Shown one piece after another: positions 51,901-63,065 of a stretch of 64,000 nucleotides of DNA (positions are counted from its first letter, which is position 1; each line of letters opens with the position of its first letter). The stretch covers positions 80,626,194-80,690,193 of the forward strand of contig NC_068988.1 in NCBI RefSeq assembly GCF_001194135.2, given 5' to 3'. Below the pieces are notes generated by a model, which was not told where the DNA came from, did not search any database, and saw nothing but the letters and a program-made list of their open reading frames with translations. Position numbers and translations under genes: made by a program. The stretch is from Octopus bimaculoides. Lineage: Eukaryota.

Positions 51901-53898
51901 AAATTCTAACCATTATTGAAATAGCAAAAAGAAAAAAGTTGCTGGCAGTTTCTAAAAATTGTACAAGTTGCCAGCAAGTTAGGATATTTTCAGTTAGTAA
52001 CGGGAAGTTTCACAGATATGCTTAAAACATCAGTTTCATTCATTAACTACAAATATTTCAATTAATTAATCTTACATATGGAGCATGGGTTTAGCATTAT
52101 TCTATGAACTGCATACTTAGAAATACTGAAATATTCAGATTTTATCAAGAGCAAAAACCATGCATTTTAACAAACATAAACATTCTAGAAACATATCAGC
52201 CAGCAAGAGAACGAAACATTTGCAACAACAATTTTCTACCTCAGCTGCTTAAAATAGCAAATACACGTTCACATATATACATTACACAGATTTCCCCTAT
52301 TTATCAGTAGTACCTGCTAGGTCACACTAGTTTGATATTATAACCCATATAACAAGGAATTTATATATTATAAACTTATGACTAGAATCAATGTTTAGTA
52401 CCCAGCAAATTATTATTTTCATATTTGTATGTGCTTAGGAAGAGTTATGTTTTATCCTCAGATTCGAAAAAAGGTTTCTCATGTAAAAATTTACAAAGGG
52501 GTGAAATAGTATCAGCCTTGAAGGCACGAAAAGCGAAATAAAGTTTTGTTACTGAGTGGAGTGCCAATCCCCGGGTTTGAAATTACCATTNNNNNNNNNN
52601 AAAAAAAAAAAAAAAATTAACGCAAGTAATACCTAAAAACACCACGTAACGATTTATGCAAGCAATCGAAATACACAAAATGACATTGATTTCACATTTA
52701 GAAACCAGACTACAGCCCACGCAATGAACAGAGAAACATTCACGGACATGGTTAAATTTAAATTAAAGAATTAAGTATTTTGGCACATTAAAATTGGAAT
52801 AGAACTAGAACCTTCAATTAAAAATATAAGCTTGTAAATTAATTACGACAAATGGTTTTATAAAAGGTGATTTTGAACTTGCGAGGATACGTCTGGTGTA
52901 CTGTCACTTGAGAACAAACTTGATCTTTGACGTACATTTTTCATATGAAAACTAATTATGTCAACTCTTATAAAATGTTAAGAGTCATTATTAACTCAGT
53001 AGAAATATGTTTCAAAGAACTGCATGTTCTCTTCATGTTCTCAGTAGATTTATTGATGTGGAAACAAAAAGGTGAACCTTTCTACCCCACCTTTGGATGA
53101 AAATACACAGTATCTACAGCAAAGAACATATTTTCTTTTATTCTTTTACTGGTTTCAAGCATTGGACTGCGACCATGCTGGGGCACCACCTTTATATGTT
53201 TAGTCGAGCATAGTACTTATTTCATCGATCTATATATATATATATATAGAACCACTAGTTTACGGGACACGAAGAGGAACATAACACCGAATTTTAAATC
53301 AGTGTAAACATAAACATATACGAGTAGAGAGAGATGCGCAGAAGCGTGCACGCGGTGGGCTTCTGTGCACTTTCTGTCCAAATTCTATTCACAAAGTATT
53401 AGCAAACCCAAGGCTATAGGAAAATACATGTGCCCAAGACGCCAGACAATAGAATCGAACCCAGAACTTTATGATTGGGAAGTGAAATTCTCAACCACAC
53501 AGCCATGTCTGCGCCCTTACGTATATTTTTTAACATTATAAACGATTAAATTTTTGAAGTTCATTTAACGACGTATAACAACAATGGAAACATCACTTAC
53601 AATACAGCATACTGAGAGGGTTTGTAATAGAGAGGGATTTGAATAAGAGAAAACACAATTACGGATGAGTGGTGACAAATCTGATCAATAAACATGAAAC
53701 GAAGAAGTTCAACAGCAGCGAAAAATGGTGATATGGAGAAGTTGTTGGGACAGAGAAGAAGAAATATGGAATCACTTATTTCAGTAATGGTATAATGAAA
53801 AAGTATAGTTATATTACTGAGAAAGACGTTTTTTAAAGTTGTAAACCTGTCTGAAATAAAATATTATCAGAGCTGAGAGACCTACCTCCTTCTGCCAT
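23541..53898 (-). CDS. GYG1: Glycogenin (GT8 self-glucosylating glycogen primer), whole coding span; 7 core exons = 327 aa, optional cassettes give 333/350/356 aa
   Basis: Core exons 13+139+175+163+127+178+189 = 984 nt join in frame without stops; all introns GT-AG; motifs [74 protein letters not shown] and C-terminal [22 protein letters not shown] match glycogenin-1 as recalled. Confidence 0.97.
24041..24109 (-). CDS. GYG1: Candidate 69-nt in-frame Pro/Ser-rich linker cassette exon ([23 protein letters not shown])
   Basis: ccttttttccttttttaaaatgctttcaag|GATTTT...TCTAGG|gtaagt; phase 0-0, no stop, consensus donor; a GC-rich island in very AT-rich intron. Confidence 0.7.
26315..26997 (-). mobile_element. 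RTE-clade LINE 3' fragment (young), with (GAT)n tail and internal gap
   Basis: ORF 26536..26997 [29 protein letters not shown]...[12 protein letters not shown] is the RTE ORF C-terminus; CpGs retained. Confidence 0.9.
27453..27470 (-). CDS. GYG1: Candidate 18-nt in-frame linker microexon (KSQELK)
   Basis: ttttattttattttcgtaattgttacattttaaag|AAATCACAAGAATTAAAG|gtatgt; phase 0-0, no stop; AAG acceptor, strong AAG|GTATGT donor. Confidence 0.55.
27680..29025 (+). mobile_element. RTE-clade LINE, 5'-truncated and decayed (RT domain to 3' tail)
   Basis: DKVP...[10 protein letters not shown]...ELLYADD RT motif; ORF 28429..28725 MLHGSETW...[12 protein letters not shown]; ends gatgatgatgatga. Confidence 0.9.
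30046..30223 (-). CDS. GYG1: Glycogenin exon 6 (178 nt): [17 protein letters not shown]...[20 protein letters not shown]
   Basis: tttttcatacacag|GTTC...CATGGG|gtatgt; phase 2 in, phase 0 out; inside ORF 30001..30294. Confidence 0.93.
31537..31845 (-). mobile_element. RTE 3'-UTR-only copy (young)
   Basis: Roughly 90% or more identical by eye to 26315-26545 over the first 170 bp or so; same (CAT)n end. Confidence 0.85.
32011..32137 (-). CDS. GYG1: Glycogenin exon 5 (127 nt): [42 protein letters not shown], with the autoglucosylation Tyr motif
   Basis: ttctctgtag|GTGGTGAC...TTTAAGCA|gtaagt; YSYLPAF matches the human Tyr195 context. Confidence 0.97.
33692..33854 (-). CDS. GYG1: Glycogenin exon 4 (163 nt): [54 protein letters not shown]
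   Basis: ttctcttacag|GTTCTT...TTTGATG|gtaaat; phase 0 in, phase 1 out. Confidence 0.97.
34298..34472 (-). CDS. GYG1: Glycogenin exon 3 (175 nt) with the DAD metal-binding motif
   Basis: ttttatttttag|A AAA AAT CTT...GAC ACT TTG|gtaagt; inside ORF 34271..34561. Confidence 0.97.
35219..35357 (-). CDS. GYG1: Glycogenin exon 2 (139 nt): [46 protein letters not shown]
   Basis: tactaatatattatag|GTAAGG...CTCAG|gtaatt; phase 1 in, phase 2 out; missing from the ORF track. Confidence 0.95.
38790..38960 (+). mobile_element. SINE family A copy (decayed); others near 33020-33160(-), 36950-37070(-), 43060-43200(+), 43868-44005(+), 53135-53515(-), 59415-59490(-)
   Basis: ggtgtggttgagtggtatgaagtttacttcc...cttgggcaagtg...gagtggatttggta..cagaaactgaaagaagccc. 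Confidence 0.75.
39700..40165 (+). mobile_element. RTE LINE 3' fragment
   Basis: ORF 39636..39950 [27 protein letters not shown]...GRGRPRKMW; ends atggaaaacagacattaaatgatg. Confidence 0.85.
40306..41174 (+). mobile_element. Internally deleted mariner, a different family from the 44-kb element
   Basis: [28 protein letters not shown], then [17 protein letters not shown]...VITGDKS; imperfect TIRs gggtaccgaaaagtaacaggaa / ttccggtttctcttgggtaccc. Confidence 0.8.
42562..42584 (-). other. Candidate 23-nt microexon in glycogenin intron 1
   Basis: gtaatgtctggttttag|AGATGTGAAAAATGAGCTCGTTG|gtaagt; consensus donor; the frame leaving in phase 1 is open ([12 protein letters not shown]). Confidence 0.45.
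43540..43745 (-). mobile_element. Old SINE copy with a Deu/Nin-like central segment
   Basis: gatactcattta...aagtgctttgcccaaggacac resembles the reverse complement of those SINE cores (recall only). Confidence 0.35.
44153..45428 (+). mobile_element. Full-length (about 1.28 kb) but dead mariner in glycogenin intron 1
   Basis: TIRs atgagggtgggctgaaaagttcatagg / cctatgaacttttcagccaacctcat; decayed transposase DKIWH.GV.KYLQKK...DECWVHHFE...[11 protein letters not shown]...[13 protein letters not shown] with stops and frameshifts. Confidence 0.9.
47086..47099 (-). other. Candidate 14-nt microexon in glycogenin intron 1, ending in ATG
   Basis: gtatgcacttgtttag|GTAAATCTAGAATG|gtaagg; TGC motif just upstream of the AG. 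Confidence 0.4.
47339..47358 (-). other. Candidate 20-nt microexon in glycogenin intron 1
   Basis: ctgatttgttttttctttttag|AAATGTATTCTTGCGAAGAG|gtatgt; near-ideal acceptor and donor; no transcript evidence. Confidence 0.5.
47983..48203. mobile_element. piggyBac-type MITE (221 bp)
   Basis: TTAA-CCCTT...AAGGG-TTAA termini; no ORF. Confidence 0.65.
53601..53610 (-). CDS. GYG1: Candidate alternative first coding exon 1b (M-L-Y-C, phase 1)
   Basis: Minus strand agtATGCTGTATT|gtaagtg; consensus GTAAGT donor, A at -3, same phase as exon 1a, giving MLYCKEAFVTL. Confidence 0.45.
53886..53898 (-). CDS. GYG1: Glycogenin first coding exon 1a (M-A-E-G-G, phase 1)
   Basis: Minus strand aacATGGCAGAAGGAG|gtaggt; strong Kozak (A at -3, G at +4); phase 1 matches exon 2, giving [12 protein letters not shown]. 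Confidence 0.8.
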
Positions 53899-53974
53899 GT
53901 TCAACTCAGTCTACAAGGCAACAACAGCAGCAGTAGACACCCGACCTTGACCAGAAGGGCAAAGAACGTAGAAA

Positions 53975-53996
53975 TACGTAACTTCCGATCATGTGA
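53975..53996. promoter_or_regulatory. Putative glycogenin proximal promoter motifs: bZIP-like TACGTAA, ETS core ACTTCCG, M-box/E-box TCATGTGA
   Basis: tacgtaacttccgatcatgtga, about 80-100 bp upstream of the exon 1a ATG in non-repetitive sequence; TSS unknown. Confidence 0.35.
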
Positions 53997-56900
53997 TGAG
54001 ACAAGTAACAAACAGGTTCGAAGAGAAAACTACGGAAGACAAAAAGAGATACAATTTTTAAAACCCACGTCGCTGGCAAACATTCAGATATTCTTTAAAA
54101 ATAGATTTTCGGGGAAAAAATATAGATCTTGTAATCTATGATTCATTAAATTATGAAAGCCTAATACTATAAAGAAAAAACGTTTTAAAATAAATTTCTT
54201 TTTCTTGCAAACACCTTTAGAATATATAATAAATTATATTTTATTGTTATCTAAGAGGGATTATATCTATAATTATCCAATATTGATTTCAAATTTCGGC
54301 ACAAGGCTAGTAATTTCGGGGGAGAGAATAAGTCAATTACATCGACCCAGCATTCAACAGGCATTTATTTTATCGACCCTAAAAAGATGAACGGCAAGGT
54401 CGACCTCGGCGGAATTTGAACTCTGAACGAAANNNNNNNNNNNNNNNNNNNNNNNNNNNNNNNNNNNNNNNNNNNNNNNNNNNNNNNNNNNNNNNNNNNN
54501 NNNNNNNNNNNNNNNNNNNNNNNNNNNNNNNNNNNNNNNNNNNNNNNNNNNNNNNNNNNNNNNNNNNNNNNNNNNNNNNNNNNNNNNNNNNNNNNNNNNN
54601 NNNNNNNNNNNNNNNNNNNNNNNNNNNNNNNNNNNNNNNNNNNNNNNNNNNNNNNNNNNNNNNNNNNNNNNNNNNNNNNNNNNNNNNNNNNNNNNNNNNN
54701 NNNNNNNNNNNNNNNNNNNNNNNNNNNNNNNNNNNNNNNNNNNNNNNNNNNNNNNNNNNNNNNNNNNNNNNNNNNNNNNNNNNNNNNNNNNNNNNNNNNN
54801 NNNNNNNNNNNNNNNNNNNNNNNNNNNNNNNNNNNNNNNNNNNNNNNNNNNNNNNNNNNNNNNNNNNNNNNNNNNNNNNNNNNNNNNNNNNNNNNNNNNN
54901 NNNNNNNNNNNNNNNNNNNNNNNNNNNNNNNNNNNNNNNNNNNNNNNNNNNNNNNNAATCATCTCGCCACTTCTCGTCGCTCTTTTTGCATCCCCTCCAC
55001 TAGCATCGCGCTAAGCACTGTACTTTGTCCTTGTTTACGAGAACATCAACAGTCTGAAATCTCCAGCCGATGTCATACTTACAGGTGTTGACCTGCAAAC
55101 AATTTAAACAGAATATTAAGGGTATCGAGCTCAACCGTCTCGGAGTGACTACAGAGGCCGTGGGTTCTGCCCCTTCATCATTTTTGTATCTGTTATGAAT
55201 TTGAGGTCATATTATCTAGATCTTTATTTGTTAATCATATGAAGGATAGATCCCTTGTCATAAGGTCTTCTTGGAGACATGACATGATGAAGTATTATTA
55301 ATCCAATTACTGTTTGCTAAATTTTCATAGAGATTAACTTTATTTTGCTTTATACTTCATATGTAATGGCGGTACATTATGGGAGAAGTCTTTCTGAGGT
55401 ACGATTATTGTACATTGATAATAACAGTCGTCCAAACACTAGTTCTTTCTGACTAGTCTTATGTCTAGAATGGCCAAGGGTGATTGAGACTGAAAGCAGA
55501 TGACGCTTATGATTAGGAGAGAGGAGGGTTTATAAAAGAATTTGGTCATTCGATTTGACAGAGTAATCACCATCAGCTAAATCACGTAATAAGACTTGTT
55601 GCTCAATGCTTGTTTCTCGGAACTACATTTTCCTGGGATTCTTTTTCAACCACAAACATTTAAAGGTTCCAACTGAATATTTACCAAATTAATTTCTCCG
55701 ACTGTCTTTGTCTTTAATATAAATGAGAATGGAAAGAAGATACTCTTCTGGCGATACTTACTAAGGAATAAAAGAATGTATATTTCGAACTTAAACCATT
55801 AAAAGAATAAAAGAATACACGCATGTACGATTTCTCGTTTCATTCCGATACAAGAACATTTTTGCTTATATTGGGTTACACAATATCTTATACAATTATA
55901 TATTTCATACTATAAAAACATAATTAATTGTTATCAATTGCTTTGCTGTTGCTTTTTTTTTTTTTGTAAAATTTAATGATGTTTGTGCTTGTGCTAAGTA
56001 TTCTTTTATTCTTTTACTAGTTCTGGTTTAAATTGTATATTCTCTTATTCTTTTGAGTTTAAAACCATAACGTAAAGGATTCCCCGTTTTCATTTACAGT
56101 TTGACTAAAAGATGATTCTATATTGTGAAATTAATGAAAAGAATGTCAAAAAGATAGCCAGAGCAACAGAAATGAATGAAGTTTAAAAGTAGAATTACTT
56201 AAAATATAAAAGTAGGTATATATTTGAGCATTGTGAAGAAAAACGCAAACATACGTGTGTGCATGATCCCTAGGTCAGCTGTTATCAAATAGACTTCTAA
56301 TTATAGTTATTCCCGCCGTGGTGGTTCCATCTCTCAATATATCCAGGTCTACGATGTGCAATGCATCTTTCCTTTATAAAACAGTAAAGTATGAACTGAG
56401 GGAGATTTGACAACTATTTCAAACCAGTTCAACTGCGCCGCTCGAAGTGGTTCAGTAAAACGCTTGTCAATGGTGACGTAGAGGAAAATCAAGAAAAACT
56501 CCAACTGATGGATATTGGAATGGATTCTAAGAATGGAAATGGTTAATTCCTGGCATAATCGGAACTATGTATGACTTCTGTTTATTTACAAATAATTATT
56601 TCTTTATTTATAACTCATTCAAACTTCAATATCTAAAAAACATACATTATTGAAAAAAAACATTAAAAGATAACTTCATACAATTCTTAAGTGACATTCC
56701 TGATTCCTGAACGACTTGCTAGTTAGCACCAGGTCAACGCTGATCAAATACATTCCAGACCTGACCATCTCATCTCTTTTTTAAAAAACTTTTTGGCAAT
56801 CCCTCGGTATTTATAGATGACATCATTCAGCCACACAACCTTCTCTCATGACATAAAGAGGCAAGGCTGAAAAAGAACGTGAATGACGTCGAGTCCTCAT

Positions 56901-58269
56901 ACCGACATTCTGTATACCAATACTGAAGGATCACATTTTTTAATAGTGTGTCCAGAGCTCCATTATCGAAAAAAAAAAGGGTTGGATTTGGCTGCTATAT
57001 GTAGCAAATAGAGTTACCCACCCACACTCGTCCGGGATTTGCTGCACATCAGGAGCATAAGTTTCCAGGTCCAATATCAATAGAGTGGTCACGGTTGGAA
57101 ATCAGAACCAATTAATGACACTTGTACAGCCTTATTTACTAGATTACATGTTTCTAATAGAGGCCAAGGATTTCGTGAGAGGGTATTTTCGGTTAAAACA
57201 TTTCCAGTACTTGACGGGTACTTTATTTTGTCGACCTTGAAAGGATAAAAAGTAAAGTAGACACTGGCTGAATTTGATCTCAGATCGTAAAGAGCTGGAA
57301 GGAATACTGCAGGGCATTTTGTGCGATGCTCATTCTGCTAATCCATCGGATCCATCATGATGGCTGATGACAAAGTAAACTTTTATCTGGTCTTTTGTCC
57401 TTTCATTCTCCAAAAAAAAAAAAAGATATTTCACTCCATTTCTCAATAATATTCCAATTATTTTTCTACATGAACCTACTTGAAACTATGACACCCTGAT
57501 GATAAAGACAACCGAAAGTTAAACCACGGGGCAACAATTTCTATTGGTGAGGTCTTTGAATTCCAGAAGCAAGATAATATAATTGAATTTAAAAATTATA
57601 GATAAAAATTTTCACATTTGAAATGAAAAGACATTTCAAATGGAAATTATTCTCTGTGGCAGACTTTAAAACTTTGGCAGGTACTTAACAAATTCCACAG
57701 AGAACGAGAACCAAAAAGGGTAAATAACACAAGATAGAAAGTGAAATGAGAATCTAGCAGATATTGCAATTGTTCTGCGGTATACCTATGCCTATCCAGT
57801 CAGTATCTACTGCTGCTGTTATTAGAGAGAATGCGGCACGTAGGCAGTCGGTCTGGCTTGTTATCTTCACAACCTCGTGAAACGTGACTGTTCTTTTGAT
57901 GAACGGGGCTTCACTGACCTTTTTCCGAATAACTGGAAACTTGAAATGAATGCTTATATTTAGTTTTAGAGTGTGTATGAATACATATATACGAATAGAT
58001 AGATGTGTATGTATATATACATATATATTTATGTATAGTATATCGCATGTATATATTTGTTTGTATGTATAGAGAGACGGAAAGTTTGGTACAAGAGATA
58101 TGTTTTGTCTATTTTTAGCTCTTGGAGAAATCTGTAGGAACAGCCTAACTTCATATTGTGTGTGTGTGTGTGTGTGTGCATGTATGTATATATATAAATA
58201 TACTTACATCAGGTACACGCTTGCGCACGCACACAATCACACACATACGCACATTACACTTGCGTGCAC

Positions 58270-58717
58270 TAGCGCCCGTAGTTAACCTATTGAACAGAAT
58301 CGAAATTATCTTGTTTGCTAAAAATTGCTATTTCTTCAGATTTGTATGTTTTAAATATCGGGGATTACGACTCTGCAAAATTAAAAAATTCTTCGAATTT
58401 TGAATTTTTTCTAATTTTCACTCTCATCGCCTCTCCGAAATTTTTCAGGATCTTTTTCTGCAAAAAAAAAAAAGAAAAACCGAAGTTCCAAATTTTTCTT
58501 TTGCCAATTTTGCTCCATTACCCTCCTTTCTGTAACTTTTTCAGTTTTGACTATTTCTCAATTTTTTTAATCATCGAAAATTACAGTTATGCAGAAATAG
58601 AATTTTCACATTCAATTTACAGTTTCATCTGGATTTTTTACATACGTGGAATGTAGGCAAAAAATTCAAATTTTGAAACAATCTTGAGGGTGAGGGGCAG
58701 TATCGTAGTCTCTAATG
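58270..58717. repeat. Unclassified repeat-like segment rich in AATTTT/CGAA, ending at a gap
   Basis: Abrupt compositional change typical of a DNA-transposon interior; no diagnostic motif. Confidence 0.25.
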
Positions 58718-59589
58718 NNNNNNNNNNNNNNNNNNNNNNNNNNNNNNNNNNNNNNNNNNNNNNNNNNNNNNNNNNNNNNNNNNNNNNNNNNNNNNNNNNN
58801 NNNNNNNNNNNNNNNNNNNNNNNNNNNNNNNNNNNNNNNNNNNNNNNNNNNNNNNNNNNNNNNNNNNNNNNNNNNNNNNNNNNNNNNNNNNNNNNNNNNN
58901 NNNNNNNNNNNNNNNNNNNNNNNNNNNNNNNNNNNNNNNNNNNNNNNNNNNNNNNNNNNNNNNNNNNNNNNNNNNNNNNNNNNNNNNNNNNNNNNNNNAC
59001 AAAAAATGTAGAAAATTACAGTAGAATAGACATATTATAATTGTGGTAACATTTAAAATCCAAGTGGGAAGAAGAATACATAAAAATCCATCTTGACATA
59101 GCCAAGGCTAGCAGGCTAGTAATTAGTTCTAGGTAGAATTCTAACTGTCTCTGATTTTATTGTCTCTTATCTAGTGGTTATAGTATAAGGGGCAATCACT
59201 TCTAAGGAAAGGGAAGGTGTAAGCATTATACATGGATATGGTTATAAAGGTTTCTCTGGTCAGAGTGGCAACACTATTTTAGGTTGGGGTTTTTTTACTG
59301 CTATCATAATGTTGGGGAATTAAACCTTAAGCATTTAGGTCAACAGGGCTTTTTCTTTAGTCTGAATGAAGCATCAGTATTGTTTTACATATACTAAGTA
59401 TGGGAAATTTATATATATACAGTGGGACTGTACCCGGAACCATGTGGTTGGTAAGCAAGCTACTTACCACACAGCCACTCCTGCGCCTATATATGTGTGT
59501 GTGTGTGTGTGTATTGTGGCCATCCATACATACAGGTGTGTCCTTTATGGCCATAACCTCACTCCTTCTCCCAGCTGATAGGTCTTTGT

Positions 59590-60150
59590 TTTGCAAGTAC
59601 CAGTGCCACATAATATGCACTTCTACTGGTGCCACATTAAATCCGTTCATGCCAGTGTCACATAAAAGTGTCAGTAACATGGTTGGCATTAGGAAAGTCT
59701 CCAGCCATAGAAACCATGCCAAAACAATTGGAGTTAAACAATCCAATCCATGCCAACATGGGGAAACAGACGCTAAATGCTGCTGCTGCTGCTGATGATG
59801 ATGATGAATTATCATCATCTTTAAACATTCATCTTCATCTTCCATGTTGGTGTGGGTTAAATGATTTGGCAGGATCTGACAGGTCAGAACTGCATCATGC
59901 TCCAGTGCCTGCTTTGACATAGTTCCTATGGTTAGATGCCTTTCCTAACGCCAATCATTTTACAGTTTGTACTGGGTGCTTTCCTTCTGGCACTAGCACT
60001 AGCAAGGGCGTTATGCTGCTTGTAAGACTAAGGTACCTTTCAACTGAGTAAGGCTGCAGTTGAGAGGAAAGCATCCTTATGCCAGGAAGTGAGAGGGTAA
60101 AGTATGGAAGAAGGGGCCAGAACAGAATAGGTTTCTTGCTATGGAAAAAT
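59590..60150. mobile_element. Two tail-to-tail RTE-3'-type remnants meeting at a (GCT)n(GAT)n(CAT)n tract near 59780-59820
   Basis: Plus copy ttggcattaggaaag..tccagccatagaaaccatgcc...catgccaacatgg; minus copy tttccatgttggtgtggg...gatgcctttcctaacgccaatc. Confidence 0.65.
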
Positions 60151-61519
60151 TACATAACTGCTCACATTATAGAAGAGTTGGTGTGAGTAACCAGGGTGGA
60201 ACTAGAAAGAGAAATAAAATAGAGATGCAGTGTCAAAGTAGACCTTCAAGCTAACTAAAAGTGATTGAGAATCAGAACAAAAAGTGAGTAGGGTTGCAAA
60301 AGTATGTGAAGAAAGTGAGAGAGGGTTAGAGATGGGGAATGAGTGAAGGGGCAGATATAAAGAACAATGACAGAAGGATGGTTGATGATAGATAGAGAGA
60401 GAAAAGTAGGTGATGACTAGTGATTGAGTAATGAATGGTAGACAAGGGTGGAGGACTGATCAATGATGCATATGAATTGGGGGAAGGCAATAATTGATGA
60501 CTGTCAGTACAGAAGTGTGTGAAGAGCAGCAGAATAGTAATGATAATACAGTAGACTGGCGAAGATGAGAGAGTGGGAAATGATGTGTGGGTGGGCAAGC
60601 TGTATGGGGGGGGGGTTAAGGGAGAGGAAGATGTAATATGTGAGGAGAGTGAGCTGTGTGGAAGTTGAGAAGGAGAATAGTAGTACAGAAGTATGATCAG
60701 TGTAAAATATGAGTGGAGAAGGATAATATTAAGAATTAAAGATGGGTGACAAGTGAAGTAGTGCCAAGAAGTGAGAAAAAATAACTGGTGTCACAGTTAT
60801 GAGCATAATTGAGAGGTCTGAAAGAGAGATGGGTGGTAAAGGCTTGAGGAAGAAACTGAACAAGGAGCAAGTTGTGTGTGTATATTTGTGTGGCTTAGTG
60901 TCTATTCTCCTTGTCTTCACATGTGTATGCTGATTATGAGCAAAGGTCATCAATCATTCAAAATGGTGTCATTTGTTTTTAATCCTGTGTGAAAGTATGT
61001 CTAGAGTGATCACTAGCTAGCCATCATGTTCTCATACCTCTGTTGTTGTTACCATGGTAAAATGCACTTTGTAAAATGATTGGTAATAGGAAGGATAGCC
61101 AGCCATAAAAATCAAGCCAAAGAATGAAATGTGGACCACAACTTATCTATGAAAGCACCAACGACCTGTCTAACCCATGCCAATATAACAATCAAACATG
61201 AAACACCACAACTGTCAATGATAAATGTTCACAGTAGCATTAAAGATAATTCTAAAGCTATGGTATTCCTAAAAGCAAATGTCCCAACATTTAAGAAAAT
61301 GTGTTTCCACTGGAGATTATGGGAGGATCTGACATTTAGAAAATTACAAAACACTAATTAGATTTAAGATTGCAGAAGAAATAGTGAAATTTTAAAATTA
61401 CCAAAATTATCAACTGCCATTTGTGAAAACCTGGATGACAGGTAGAAGTGAAAGAAATTTATTTAATGCTCGTTTTGAAGTGTTAGCAAGTATAAAACAT
61501 GAAAAAATGAATATAATTT

Positions 61520-62330
61520 TTGGTCTTGTGACCAGAAATTTGTAGTGGGTTGTTAGTCAATTAAATCATCCCCAGTATTTGACTGGTACTTTATTTATTG
61601 AACCTAAAAGGATAAAAGGCAAAGCTGACTTCAACAAAATTTAATCTCAGAATGTAAAGAACTGAAACAAATGCCACAATGCTTTTTGTCCAATGTTCTA
61701 ACCATTCTGCCAATTCATCATCATAATAATAATTCTATCTAATATTGGTACAAGGCTGGCAATTTTGAAGGAAAGTACTTTTCTGGCTCAGTGTAATTTT
61801 ATTGATCCCAAAGTTGACATTGGTGGAATTTGAGCTCAGAATGTAAAGAGGTGAAAAAAATACCACTAAGCATTTTTTCCAAATGTGCTAATGATTCTGC
61901 TAGCTTGCCATCTTAAATGGTTTCAAATTTTGGCTCAGCTCAAGGCCATCAATTTTAGGGAGAGTAAGTTGATTATATCAACCTTACTGTTCTACTGATA
62001 CTTAATTTATTAAGCCCAAAAGGTTGAAAGGCAAAGTCAACCATGGCAGAATTTGAACTCAAAGCATAAAGAGTCATAAAAAGTACCATTTTATATTTTA
62101 TTCAGTGCTTTTACAATTCTTCCAGCTCACTACCTTCATCATCATTATGATAATAATAAGACCAGCAATTTTAGCGAAAGGGAATTAATTATATTGACAA
62201 AGTGCTTGTTACTAACTAGGCACAATGCTGGAAATTTGGAAGGAAGAGGGAACTAGCTGATTAAATTGATCCTAGTACTTATTTTATTGATCTTAGAGGG
62301 ATAAAAAGCAAAGTTGATTTCTGTTGCAAA
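61520..62330 (-). mobile_element. Head-to-tail array of about 5 decayed SINE-B copies
   Basis: Recurring caagg..agcaatttt..g..ag / gtactt.atttatt.a.c..aaagga.aaaaggcaaagt units separated by (AAT)/(CAT) runs. Confidence 0.7.
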
Positions 62331-63065
62331 CATTCAGACCAAGTCTTGAGTTTTAGGATAACTCAGTATCTTCTTCCACTGAGTCCTTCTACTGCAGCAA
62401 CAATCCAAGAGTTCTCGTTTCTCTACCTCTTCCCCGCCACTAGTCTGCACAGGATTATGGGTTCTACCTTACCTATTTAAGCCACAAACAACAAAAACAA
62501 GGTATCTTGGTTTAAAACTCCAGTTTATTGGGTAACCATATAAGGAAGAAAGGAGATGTTTACTACATTTCCTCTCTCATGTCTCCTACCCTGTAATACT
62601 CTTCATTAGATGAGGAAGGGACTCACAAAAACTATAGAATATAAACCCACAAGAAATTTCTAACACCTCTTAAAAATGAGAACTTCTCTATAGTTGTTTA
62701 CCTTGCTAGATCTCCTTTAAATTGGACTCTATTGTCTTTTTAAATGTAAGACGTGTTAGATAATGTATTCCTAGAATGACTGTATGAATAAAAGATGAGC
62801 TGGTCATTGCCATAATGCCTTTGGTATAAGCCGGCTTAATTATTGTTGACTTAGGAATTGATAAAAATTAAAATGACTATCCATCTTTTAAAATGTTGGT
62901 GTATTGAGCATTGACAAGAAAAGTTAATTCTACATTAGATTTGAACTCAAGAAATAGAAAATGATGACTAAATACAGTTTGGTATTTACTATAACACTGC
63001 ATCTCACCGACACAAAAAAATAAATAAAAATACTTTTCAGCATTATAAGAGTAATTTCATTTTCG

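Noticed and set aside
55110-55165. tRNA-like fragment with GGTTCTGCCCC
   Set aside because: No cloverleaf or acceptor stem; at most a decayed SINE head
57895-57925. TGATGA...CTGA resembling C/D snoRNA boxes
   Set aside because: The boxes are only about 12 nt apart, with no terminal stem or later box D
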